A stretch of DNA of 64,000 bases, from contig CAWCKJ010000008.1 of assembly GCA_963796105.1 (NCBI GenBank), forward strand, positions 128,001-192,000. The letters run 5' to 3'. The position numbers and the translations under genes were made by a program. This document shows, piece after piece, positions 45,340-54,561 of the stretch (the first letter of the stretch is position 1; each line of letters starts with the position of its first letter). A model generated the notes under the pieces. It was not told where the DNA came from and made no database searches. It saw only the letters and a list, made by a program, of their open reading frames with translations. This DNA comes from a candidate division FCPU426 bacterium. Its GTDB lineage: Bacteria; Oederibacteriota; Muellerivitia; Muellerivitales; Muellerivitaceae.

Positions 45340-45932
45340 AAATGGGCATGGCCCTTTTTTATACGGGAGCTTTGGGTATGTTCCTGACCTTCGGGGTTTT
45401 CGGGGAAGAACCTATCGCCGGGGCGTTGAGGCAAAACCCAACCGGCCTGGCCGGCCCTTTCATCCTCTTTGGTTTCGCCGGATTATCGGGAATTCTTCTT
45501 TTATTTGTCCGCTCAAAATCGTTTATCGCCAACAGTAAGACGCTCCTGTATTTCACTCACGGGACCGCTTTGATCTCGATTTTTTGGCTACTTCTTTGGT
45601 GTTTCGTCTGGCTATACATGATGGGAAACATGGGGGACAAGGCGGAAATGTATATCAAACACACATCTTATCTGCACCTATTTGGGGTGGGATTTTCCAT
45701 GGGAGGATACGTCACTGGCTGGATGACGCCGGTAAAAGGTAAAAGATCCGCCCGTTTCCTGATGGTTCTGGGTTGGGCGGTCAGCTACATGGCTTGGTTC
45801 AATTTAGTCCTACAGCCTACTTTGAGGTTTCTTTGGGCTCCCGCGATAGGGGGATTGTTGGTTGTTTTAGGGGCATTTCTTGTTGCGCGGTCGTTAAAGG
45901 CCCCTGTTGAGGCTCCCATGCAGGTAGCGTAG
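45315..45932 (+). CDS. Hypothetical membrane protein
   Basis: About 6 hydrophobic segments; exact start uncertain. Confidence 0.65.
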   Translation: MGKEGSGVKMGMALFYTGALGMFLTFGVFGEEPIAGALRQNPTGLAGPFILFGFAGLSGILLLFVRSKSFIANSKTLLYFTHGTALISIFWLLLWCFVWLYMMGNMGDKAEMYIKHTSYLHLFGVGFSMGGYVTGWMTPVKGKRSARFLMVLGWAVSYMAWFNLVLQPTLRFLWAPAIGGLLVVLGAFLVARSLKAPVEAPMQVA

Positions 45933-45966
45933 AATGCCATTCCTTAATTCCAAGCAAGGACTTCAG

Positions 45967-47418
45967 ATGTCTTATTCCTCGTTAAACGATTTCGTTGAAA
46001 AACTCGAGAAAAAAAATGAACTGGTACGGATCCAGGACGAGGTGGACCCAGTATTAGAAATCACTTCCATCGCAGACAAAATGTCCAAGTCTCCCCAAGG
46101 GGGAAAGGCCCTATTGTTCGAGAAAGTCAAGGGTAACTCTTTTCCGGTCCTGATAAACGCCTTCGGGTCTTACTCCCGTATGAGCCTGGCCTTGGGAGTG
46201 GGGGACCTGGAAGAGCATGCCAAGGCGATCAAGGATCTGATGGAAATGAAGCCCCCAAAGGGGTTCGTTGACAAGGTCAAGCTTTTTCCCAAGCTGGTTG
46301 AGATCTCGAATTATCCCCCCAAGGAAGTCTCCGCCGGTGCCTGCCAGGAGGTGGTGGAGAAAATCCCGGACTTGAATTCCTTGCCGGTATTGAAGTGCTG
46401 GCCCCAGGACGGGGGTCGTTTCATCACCCTGCCCTTGGTTTATACCCAGGACCCGGAAACGGGCAACCGAAATATCGGCATGTATCGCATGCAGGTATAT
46501 GACGGGAAAACCACCGGAATGCATTGGCAGGTCCACCACCACGGGGCGGCCCATCACCGCGCGGCGGAAAAGCTGGGCAAGCGTTTGGAGGTAGCGGTAG
46601 CTTTGGGCGGAGATCCCGCCTTGACCTATTCCGCCACAGCGCCTTTGCCGGATGGGTTGGATGAATTGTTGTTCGCCGGGTTCCTACGGAAAAAACCGGT
46701 CGAGTTGGTGAAATGCAAGACCGTCGATTTGATGGTGAACGCGGACGCTGATTTTGTATTGGAAGGATACGTAGAGCCGGGTGAGAGGCGCAAGGAAGGT
46801 CCTTTCGGGGACCATACGGGTTATTACAGCCTGGCCGATGACTATCCGGTCTTTCACATCACATGTATCACCCATCGGAAAAATCCCATTTATCCTGCGA
46901 CTATCGTGGGAATACCTCCGATGGAAGACGCCTATTTCGGGAAGGCCACTGAGAGGCTGTTTCTTCCCATCCTCCAGAAGATCTTGCCGGAGGTGGTGGA
47001 TATGGACCTGCCATATGACGGCATATTCCATAACCTGGCGATTGTCTCCATCAAGAAGCAGTATCCCCAGCATGCCCGGAAAGTCATGTTCGCCCTCTGG
47101 GGTTTGGGGCAGATGATGCTTAATAAGGTTGTAGTGGTAGTGGATGAGGACACAGACGTCCACAATTACGGCCAGGTCCTATGGAGGGTGGGGAACTGCA
47201 TGGACGCCAAGAGGGATGTGGTCATCACGGAAGGGCCATTGGACGTGCTGGACCATACTTCTCCCCAATGGGGTTGGGGGGGGAAGATGGGGATTGACGC
47301 CACGAGGAAGTGGAAAGAGGAAGGTTTCAACAGGGAATGGCCTGATGAGTTGAAAATGGATCCAAAAGTGGAAGAACATGTCAGGCCGATCCTTCGAAAG
47401 TTGGGTCTTATAAAATAA
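45967..47418 (+). CDS. ubiD: UbiD-family decarboxylase (menaquinone-pathway type)
   Basis: CWPQDGGRFITLP, NIGMYRMQ, EGPFGDHTGYY, GIDATRK. Confidence 0.92.
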   Translation: MSYSSLNDFVEKLEKKNELVRIQDEVDPVLEITSIADKMSKSPQGGKALLFEKVKGNSFPVLINAFGSYSRMSLALGVGDLEEHAKAIKDLMEMKPPKGFVDKVKLFPKLVEISNYPPKEVSAGACQEVVEKIPDLNSLPVLKCWPQDGGRFITLPLVYTQDPETGNRNIGMYRMQVYDGKTTGMHWQVHHHGAAHHRAAEKLGKRLEVAVALGGDPALTYSATAPLPDGLDELLFAGFLRKKPVELVKCKTVDLMVNADADFVLEGYVEPGERRKEGPFGDHTGYYSLADDYPVFHITCITHRKNPIYPATIVGIPPMEDAYFGKATERLFLPILQKILPEVVDMDLPYDGIFHNLAIVSIKKQYPQHARKVMFALWGLGQMMLNKVVVVVDEDTDVHNYGQVLWRVGNCMDAKRDVVITEGPLDVLDHTSPQWGWGGKMGIDATRKWKEEGFNREWPDELKMDPKVEEHVRPILRKLGLIK

Positions 47419-47490
47419 GTGATTGTTTATTGGGGAAACCATCCCAGGGGGGATGGGGATTATAAAAAATCAAATTTGAAAGGCTTAAAA

Positions 47491-48180
47491 ATGAGCGCGA
47501 CGATCCAGGATATGTTTTCACGCATCGCAAGTACCTATGATCAGGCGAACCACCAGTTGTCCTTTAACAAGGACATCCAGTGGCGGAAGGATTCGGTGAA
47601 ACAGCTATTAAGCGGTGGATTCACGCCCAACAAGGTCTTGGACCTTTGCGCGGGAACGGGTGATTTCGCCTTGGCGGTCAAGGAACAGGTGCCCTCGGCC
47701 CAGGTCATTTTGGCGGATTTCGCCAAGCCCATGCTCCAATTAGCCAAGGGAAAGATCGGGTCGAAAAACGGTTTTAATCTATTGGTGGCGGACGCCTTGA
47801 AACTGCCCTTCCATGACATGGCCTTTGACACCGTGCTTTGCGGGTTCGGGGTGCGGAACCTGGATTCCGCGGAGGCGGGATTGAAGGAAATAGCCAGGGT
47901 GCTGAAACCAGGGGGAAGGGCCGTGATCCTGGAGTTTTTCAAGCCCACCGGATTCTGGACCAAATTGGCCTATGCCTTCTATGTGGGAACCATCCTGCCC
48001 ATTAGGGGAGGGGTTGTTTCCAAGGATAAGACTGCCTACGATTATCTTCAGAAGTCAGCGAGGAGTTTCTCCTCGGCGGAGGATTTCCAAAAGCTCGTCG
48101 AGAAATGCGGGTTCAAGGATGTCGTGAGCGATAGCAAAACCATGGGAGTGGCGGTCAGCGTGATGGGAATACGTAAGTAA
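47491..48180 (+). CDS. menG: Demethylmenaquinone methyltransferase (UbiE/MenG)
   Basis: MFSRIASTYDQANH, VLDLCAGTGD, GFGVRN, RVLKPGG. Confidence 0.9.
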   Translation: MSATIQDMFSRIASTYDQANHQLSFNKDIQWRKDSVKQLLSGGFTPNKVLDLCAGTGDFALAVKEQVPSAQVILADFAKPMLQLAKGKIGSKNGFNLLVADALKLPFHDMAFDTVLCGFGVRNLDSAEAGLKEIARVLKPGGRAVILEFFKPTGFWTKLAYAFYVGTILPIRGGVVSKDKTAYDYLQKSARSFSSAEDFQKLVEKCGFKDVVSDSKTMGVAVSVMGIRK

Positions 48181-48189
48181 GGCGAAAAG

Positions 48190-48459
48190 ATGCCTATCAT
48201 TTCATCCTTTTATGGAATTATCGTTATGATGTATTTCTTGGATAAAAACCGGCATAAGCGCGCTCATATTCATGCCCGATACCAGAATCATGAAGTGGTC
48301 ATAGGCGTTCCTGAAGGGGATGTTTTGGAGGGCCGCCTGCCACCTGATAAAATGAAGCTATTGCAAGCTTGGGTGGAAATCCATAAACAAGAATTGATGG
48401 ACGATTGGAAAAAGGCATCCATCGGAAAGCCTATCTCCAAGATAGAACCATTGAGGTAA
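48190..48459 (+). CDS. DUF4160-family protein (putative toxin-antitoxin component)
   Basis: MPIISSFYGI...HIHARY...W.EIHKQEL...W...IEPL. Confidence 0.85.
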   Translation: MPIISSFYGIIVMMYFLDKNRHKRAHIHARYQNHEVVIGVPEGDVLEGRLPPDKMKLLQAWVEIHKQELMDDWKKASIGKPISKIEPLR

Positions 48460-48463
48460 AAAG

Positions 48464-48790
48464 ATGAATCCGAGAATTAAACAAGTTAAAGCAGAGGATA
48501 ATTATTGCCTGAGGCTGACCTTTGAAAATGGTGAAACGCGGATGTTTGATATGAAACCGTACCTATCCAAAGGTATATTCCGCAAACTACGGAAGCAAGA
48601 TGCTTTTCGGTCGGTAAAAGTTTCTTTTGGGTCAATCCAATGGAAAGACGGCCAGGATCTTTGCCCTGATACGCTTTATGAAGAAAGTAAGCCATTTTCC
48701 CGAATTGAATCGGTTTTGGCGATTCATGAGAAATCTGCGGAGTATAAATCTAGAATGAAAAAAAGCCGCTTAAGTGCAAGTGGGAAATGA
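48464..48790 (+). CDS. DUF2442-family protein (putative antitoxin)
   Basis: LRLTFENGETRMFD, GSIQW..GQDLCPDTLY. Confidence 0.85.
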   Translation: MNPRIKQVKAEDNYCLRLTFENGETRMFDMKPYLSKGIFRKLRKQDAFRSVKVSFGSIQWKDGQDLCPDTLYEESKPFSRIESVLAIHEKSAEYKSRMKKSRLSASGK

Positions 48791-48819
48791 TGAGTATCAG
48801 TTTGGAGGCTGAATTGGCA

Positions 48820-49407
48820 GTGAAAAAGATTCTAGTGGCGGTAACAGGTGCTTCGGGGACCCTCTATGCCAGGAGGTTTTTCCAGCACCTTCCCTATGAC
48901 GATTGGGAGGTTCACGCGGTGGTATCTTCCGCAGCGCGGATCGTGGCGTCCCATGAGGGCGGCTTGAGCCTTCCGCCCCACGTAAAGGAATGGGATGAAA
49001 ACGACCTAACGGCTCCCTCCGCCAGCGGCTCGAATAAATTCGAGGCCATGGTGGTCATCCCATGTTCCACGACCACTTTGGGGAAGCTGGCCCACGGAAT
49101 AGCGGACAACCTCATTACCCGTTCGGGAGAGGTGTTCCTAAAGGAGCGCCGCAAGCTGATATTGGTACCCCGGGAAACACCCCTATCCCTTATCCAAATC
49201 AAGAACATGGAGCTTCTCACCCTGGCCGGAGCCCACGTTATCCCAGCGACCCCCAGCTTTTACGGCAATCCCCATACCATCGAGGAACTCGTGGATACGG
49301 TCATTGCCCGGGTTTATGACCATGTCGGCATCGAGGCTGAAGTTTCCAAGAGGTGGCGAGCGGAAGAGAAGAAACAGGTTAGAAGCGGGGAAGAATCAGC
49401 TTTTTAG
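48820..49407 (+). CDS. ubiX: Flavin prenyltransferase UbiX
   Basis: VAVTGASG, ASGS, PCS, RETP, P.FY; GTG start inferred. Confidence 0.93.
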   Translation: MKKILVAVTGASGTLYARRFFQHLPYDDWEVHAVVSSAARIVASHEGGLSLPPHVKEWDENDLTAPSASGSNKFEAMVVIPCSTTTLGKLAHGIADNLITRSGEVFLKERRKLILVPRETPLSLIQIKNMELLTLAGAHVIPATPSFYGNPHTIEELVDTVIARVYDHVGIEAEVSKRWRAEEKKQVRSGEESAF

Positions 49408-49412
49408 TTCCG

Positions 49413-49670
49413 TCATGAAACCGGCAAGCTTGGCGACGATGCCCCCTCCAGGATCCTTTGGTCGGCCTGGGCCGTCTCCAGGGTCTTTTGCCCCCCGGTC
49501 ATAGCCAAGTGAATCTCGTAATCCTCCCCGCCCTTGTATTTGACCTTGATATTGGGGCCTAAATCCTTCCAATCCTCGGCAAAAGGATCTTTTTTCTTGT
49601 TTTGCTCTTTTTCATTGTGATCTCGGACAAAATCATGGGGTTCTCCACCGTTTTGTACCCATTCGATCAT
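49413..49670 (-). CDS. Small hypothetical protein
   Basis: ATG with GGAGAGG upstream; C-terminus uncertain (possible slip in a G run). Confidence 0.4.
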   Translation of the reverse strand: MIEWVQNGGEPHDFVRDHNEKEQNKKKDPFAEDWKDLGPNIKVKYKGGEDYEIHLAMTGGQKTLETAQADQRILEGASSPSLPVS

Positions 49671-51264
49671 TTTTTTAACCTGCGCCTCTCCGGAATTCTG
49701 TAATTAATAATGGGTTCCAGGCTGTCACAGATCAAAACAGGGTCCTCCAGGACGGCTCAAGCAATGGGGCGGTGTTTGGAAAAAGAAGAATGGGCGTTTA
49801 TTGGAAAGCCGGACTTGGGATCAATTGCCTGAGTTTGCTGTGAAATAAAGTTGAAAAGCTGTGTCCGAGAAGTAAGGTTATCCAGGGTTCATTCCTAACT
49901 TTCCTCTCCAAAATCCACACATAATCCTTCTGCCGATTAATAAGAAATCATCTTGGATATGTCTGGAGACGCATGAATGGGAAAATAGAACGTAACAAAA
50001 ATAAAAAACAAATAGAATTGAACGTAATCAGGCCACTCGGGACAGAAATACAACAAAAAATTTCCATTTTTTTCTTTCGTTTAACGAGAAATTGTTTTTT
50101 TCGCTGGTTTCAGACGTTCGGTTCATCTCAACCATTTGGTGGCCGCGTTGGAAGAAGTTCAGGTTATGTCTTTGTAAAAAAATAATTATTTATTATTAAA
50201 AATTATTTTTATGCGGTAATATTCTCTCGAATTTATTTTTAAAAAAAGTTTATCTGCTTAAAAAATTTCTAGGCGAATCGTATGAATAGAATTGGACCTG
50301 ACAATCCAGCCCCGCGAAAAACAAAAAGCTTCCTTTCTTTAATTCTTGTCATTTCAACCTCAGCCTTTTTCTTCCTCATCATGGCTTTTATTTCCATTTT
50401 TTCTTCCTCGGCTCTTTCCTGGGAATTCCCATGGAACTCTGGTAGCGTTTCAGCCGACGCCGGCAATCAGAAAGTAATTTCGTATTCAACCACCCCGACT
50501 CCTACTCCTTCTGGTTATAACAGGGTAAAAAATAAATATCCCCGCCATGGCGGCTCTACATGGAATTCGACCAATCAAGGGACGCTCGGTTCACACGCGC
50601 CTAGCACGGTGATTTGGGGTTTTAGAAATAAACCCACTACGACCAGGACTGCAATGGTCACTGGGTCTCTCACGCCGACCTCCACAGGTACTCAAAGCCC
50701 CACCGCGACTCCGATAGCGACCTATAGCCGGACCCTAGATGATTTGAAAAGGCCTTGGGATTTTACTGCCAGTCTCGACAGTGGAGCTGTGGTCTTAACC
50801 TGGCGCTCCCCCCGGGCGGGGACCTTCAGCCATCCCATGGGCTATCACATTTACCGTTCCGAGGGGCCCGCCGATACCTTCCAAATGATCGGGACCATTT
50901 TGGCGGATGAGGGAACAAGCAGTAAATCTTTCGCGATGTTCAAGGATTACGCCTGGCCGGGAAATTGGTGCTATCAGGTGACGGCTTTCATCATGAACCC
51001 CGTGGCGGAAAGCGAGCCGTCGAATGAAACCTGCGTGGAGTTGAATTCTCCGCCGACTCCCACGCTTACCCCGACAAAATCACCAACAGCAATTCCACCA
51101 CCCACCATTACCCCTAGCCCGACTGAGATTCAAAACAAGACATCTTCTTTTGCGGATATCAACCCAATGGCTTCAACGAACACATTCACGCCGACAAAAA
51201 CTTCCACCAAAACATCAACGCCTACCGCGACATCAACTTCAACAAAGACCTTCACTTGGACATC

Positions 51265-51835
51265 AACTTTTACCCGGACGTATACACCAAACAGTTATAC
51301 GCCGACACCGACCTATACACGCACAAATACCCCAAATAGCTATACGCCGACTCCGACATCGACGAAAACTTTTACCTACACCCCATCCTATACCCGCACA
51401 TCCACGCCGAATAGTTATACGCCCACGAAAACCACGACTAAAACTTGGACAATGACTTTTACCCGTACTTACACGCCGAGTAGTTATACGCCGACACCAA
51501 CCTATACAAAAACCAACACGCCGACCCCCAACGCCACCCAAACTTTCGCGCTAACCGCTACGTACCAAGCGCAGGAAACCCAAACTGAAAATGCCTTCCT
51601 GAGTTTCACTCCAACCCCGACCCTGACCAATACGAACACATTCACTAATACCAATACTTATACCCCCACAGTTCCAACCCCGACCTTTACCTACACATAC
51701 ACGCCTACAGTGCCGACGCCGACATTCACTTATTCTTACACTCCCATAGTTCCAACCCCGACATTTACCCGTACGTATACGCCCACAGGTCCGACACCGA
51801 CATTTACCTATACTTACACGCTGACGACGCCGCCG
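51265..51835 (+). repeat. Coding tandem repeats in the Thr-Pro stalk
   Basis: TRTxTPNSYTPT-like units, then ~5 x 39-bp units encoding TYTPTVPTPTFTY. Confidence 0.8.
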
Positions 51836-52579
51836 ACGCCCTGCGTGACTAACGCGGTCACTTGGAGCGGGAACATGAGCTACCCGTCTGGGGTGGTATA
51901 CGGGGCGGACGGGAACGTCTATGTGCTGAACAACGGGAGCAACCTGGTGCAGGTGTTCACGGCGCAGGGGGTGTATTTGAGGGGGTTCATCGTACCCACA
52001 AGCGACCCGCGGGGAACTGCGCAGGGGCCGGACGGGAACCTGTACATCAGCGACAACGGGAACAAGCGTGTGGACGTTGTGAGCACGCAGGGGGTGTCGT
52101 TGTCGGTAATCGGAAAGGGGGTGTTCGGGAGCACGCAGGGAATGGCTTTCGGGCCCAACGGAAACCTGTACGTGGCGGACCCGGCGGACAACGTGGTGAG
52201 GGAATACCAGGTGAACGGGACGGCGGTGACGCAGTTTGGGACAGGGAAGGCTGATTCTTTCCTGGGAGACTTGAACAACCCGCAGGCGGTGGCGTTGGAC
52301 GCCTCTGGGAACGTGTATGTGTATGACAAGAACAACAGCCGTGTGGAAGAGTTCAATCCCTCGGCATTGGCTTTGAGGGTGTGGGGAGAGGGGAACGAGA
52401 ACACATACCAGATGAAATTCGACGCGAACGGGTTCCTGTGGGAAGTGGACAACTCTAACAACCGTTTATTGGTTTACGACGTGAACGGAAACCAGAGGGA
52501 GATCGTCGGGAGCGGGGGGGAGGATCGGGACAGTTTAACAGTCCCTATGCGCTGGATATTGACCCGAATGGAAATATTT

Positions 52580-53567
52580 CATGCCTATCCGAACAACGCT
52601 TGCGCAGTAATGGGTTTTGCCAAAGCGCAAGCGGTTAAGGCCCGGTGAAATAAGGAATCTGGGTCATGGCGACGATTGAACCGATAAGTATATTCGCTCA
52701 AGTATCCAGGCAGATATTTCACGTTGACTCCATGATGGGTTCCTAGGATCCAAGCCTTGGCGTTGGAAATGAATCGGTGGACCCAAGGTAACCAGTGATT
52801 TAACACCACTGGGTCATTGGCTGTTACCTGGTACTCCACATCCACGTTTTCCAAGTTTCTCAAGCTGGGACTGGCATCCGTGTTTATCATGGCGCCTTTC
52901 TGGATTGCTTGATCGACGAATGCTTGGGCTTCCCACTTGGTTTCTGCGGTCACCTTTATCTTTGCAAAACCCGCTTTCTCTTTTTTGCGCCCTTTCTCAT
53001 CTATCCATTCTTTGCTTTCAACCGCCACCAGCACTTCAGCCTGGTTTTCCTTTTCTCTCTTGCCGAATACAGCCCCATCCAACTCAATGATTTCCTTGAG
53101 TTGGTAATTTTCATCCCTTTGTCGAAGACTTTCCCGAATCTTATGCAACATCCTCCAAACGGTATCGTAGGAGGGCATTCCCAATTGCCGCTGAAGTTCC
53201 AGGGCTGAAATGCCCCTTTTCCCTTGCATCACCAATCCAATCATCCTCAACCAGGTTAAGATTGGGATCTTGGATTTCCGGAAGATCGTTCCGGCTCGAA
53301 GCCGTATTTGCTTTCGACAATAGTCACATTCCCGCACTTCGGGGCGGTTTTTGTGTTGCCAGAAACTTTCTCCTTCACATTGTGGGCAAACAAAGTCTTT
53401 TCCGGCAAAACGGCTCTTCCACACCCATTGACGTGCCTTTTCTTCTGTATCGATTTCCTTGAAAATCTCAATCCCCTTCATCCGTTGGTAGTTCATAATT
53501 TGCCCCTCCAACAATGAGTATACTCCTGTATTCCTTTATTTCAACAGGTACCGTTTGGAGAGGCATT
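52580..53567 (-). mobile_element. IS1595-family element type 1, copy B (988 bp)
   Basis: Same length and translated protein as 25351-26338; flanked by AAATATTT on both sides. Confidence 0.94.
52585..53496 (-). CDS. IS1595-family transposase
   Basis: Protein identical to 25422-26333. Confidence 0.95.
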   Translation of the reverse strand: MNYQRMKGIEIFKEIDTEEKARQWVWKSRFAGKDFVCPQCEGESFWQHKNRPEVRECDYCRKQIRLRAGTIFRKSKIPILTWLRMIGLVMQGKRGISALELQRQLGMPSYDTVWRMLHKIRESLRQRDENYQLKEIIELDGAVFGKREKENQAEVLVAVESKEWIDEKGRKKEKAGFAKIKVTAETKWEAQAFVDQAIQKGAMINTDASPSLRNLENVDVEYQVTANDPVVLNHWLPWVHRFISNAKAWILGTHHGVNVKYLPGYLSEYTYRFNRRHDPDSLFHRALTACALAKPITAQALFG

Positions 53568-53575
53568 AAATATTT

Positions 53576-54561
53576 TATGCTTATGCACAAAGTGACCGTG
53601 CTGTAATGGGTTTTGCTAAGGCACATGCGGTCAAAGCACGGTGAAATAAGGAATCGGGATCATGACGACGGTTGAACCGATAGGCATATTCACTTAGATA
53701 CCGGCCTAAATACTTAGCATCAACGCCATGATGAGTTCCAATGATCCAGGCCTTGGCGTTGGAAATGAACCGGTGTACCCAGGGCAACCAACTTTCCAAC
53801 TCTTTCGGGTCATTGGCCATCACCCGGTAGTCTGCCTCCACTCCTTTGAGTTCACGCAAGGCTGGCGAAGCATCTGTGTTGAGGAAAGAGCCTTTTTCCA
53901 TAGTCTGATTCACGAATTCCTGGCTCTCCCACTTGGTTTCCATAGCTACCTTCACCTTGGCAAAACCCGCTTTTTCCTTCTTGCAACCATTCTCATCCAC
54001 CCATTCCTTGCTTTCCACCGCCACCAAGACTTCCACTTGGTTTTCCTTGGCCTTTTTCCCAAAAACCGCCCCATCCAACTCAATGACGCCCTTTAGAGTA
54101 TAGCTTTCGTCCTTTTGCCTAAGACCTTCCCGGATCTTATGCAATAGAAGCCATGCCGAATGATCCGAAAGATTTAAATGCCGCTTCAGTTCCAGGGCCG
54201 AAATACCCCGTTTGCCCTGCATCATCAAACTGATGGCCCTGACCCAGGTTAAAAGAGGCAGCTTGGAGCTTTCAAAAATCGTCCCGGCGCGAAGCCGAAG
54301 ACGTTTCCGGCAATAGTCACATTCCCTCACTTCAGGCTTGGCCTGGTGTTGCCAGAAGCTTTCGCCCTCACATTGGGGACAAACAAAGTCTTTCCCGCCG
54401 AAACGGCATCTCCACACCCATTGGCGGGCTTCTTCTTCCGTGTGGATTTTCCTCAGAATTTTAATGCTTTTCATCCGCTGGTAGCTCATGTACCACCTCC
54501 CGTAGCGGACAGTATACCTATGTATTCCTTTATTTCAAGGGTCACTTAATACAGAAGCATG
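53576..54561 (-). mobile_element. IS1595-family element type 2, copy B (986 bp)
   Basis: Same length and translated protein as 27387-28372; flanked by AAATATTT. Confidence 0.94.
53581..54489 (-). CDS. IS1595-family transposase
   Basis: Protein identical to 27392-28300. Confidence 0.95.
   Translation of the reverse strand: MSYQRMKSIKILRKIHTEEEARQWVWRCRFGGKDFVCPQCEGESFWQHQAKPEVRECDYCRKRLRLRAGTIFESSKLPLLTWVRAISLMMQGKRGISALELKRHLNLSDHSAWLLLHKIREGLRQKDESYTLKGVIELDGAVFGKKAKENQVEVLVAVESKEWVDENGCKKEKAGFAKVKVAMETKWESQEFVNQTMEKGSFLNTDASPALRELKGVEADYRVMANDPKELESWLPWVHRFISNAKAWIIGTHHGVDAKYLGRYLSEYAYRFNRRHDPDSLFHRALTACALAKPITARSLCA

Noticed and set aside
49973..50185. 70-aa ORF upstream of the giant gene
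   Set aside because: AT-rich low-complexity sequence with no motif; more likely promoter region
51265..51835. Non-coding repeat array or CRISPR
   Set aside because: Repeats are in-frame, degenerate at third positions and encode the Thr-Pro stalk
52521..52648. C-terminus of the 788-aa ORF (…EDRDSLTVPMRW…)
   Set aside because: Out-of-frame read-through after the G run and into the IS1595 end; the NHL sequence continues in another frame
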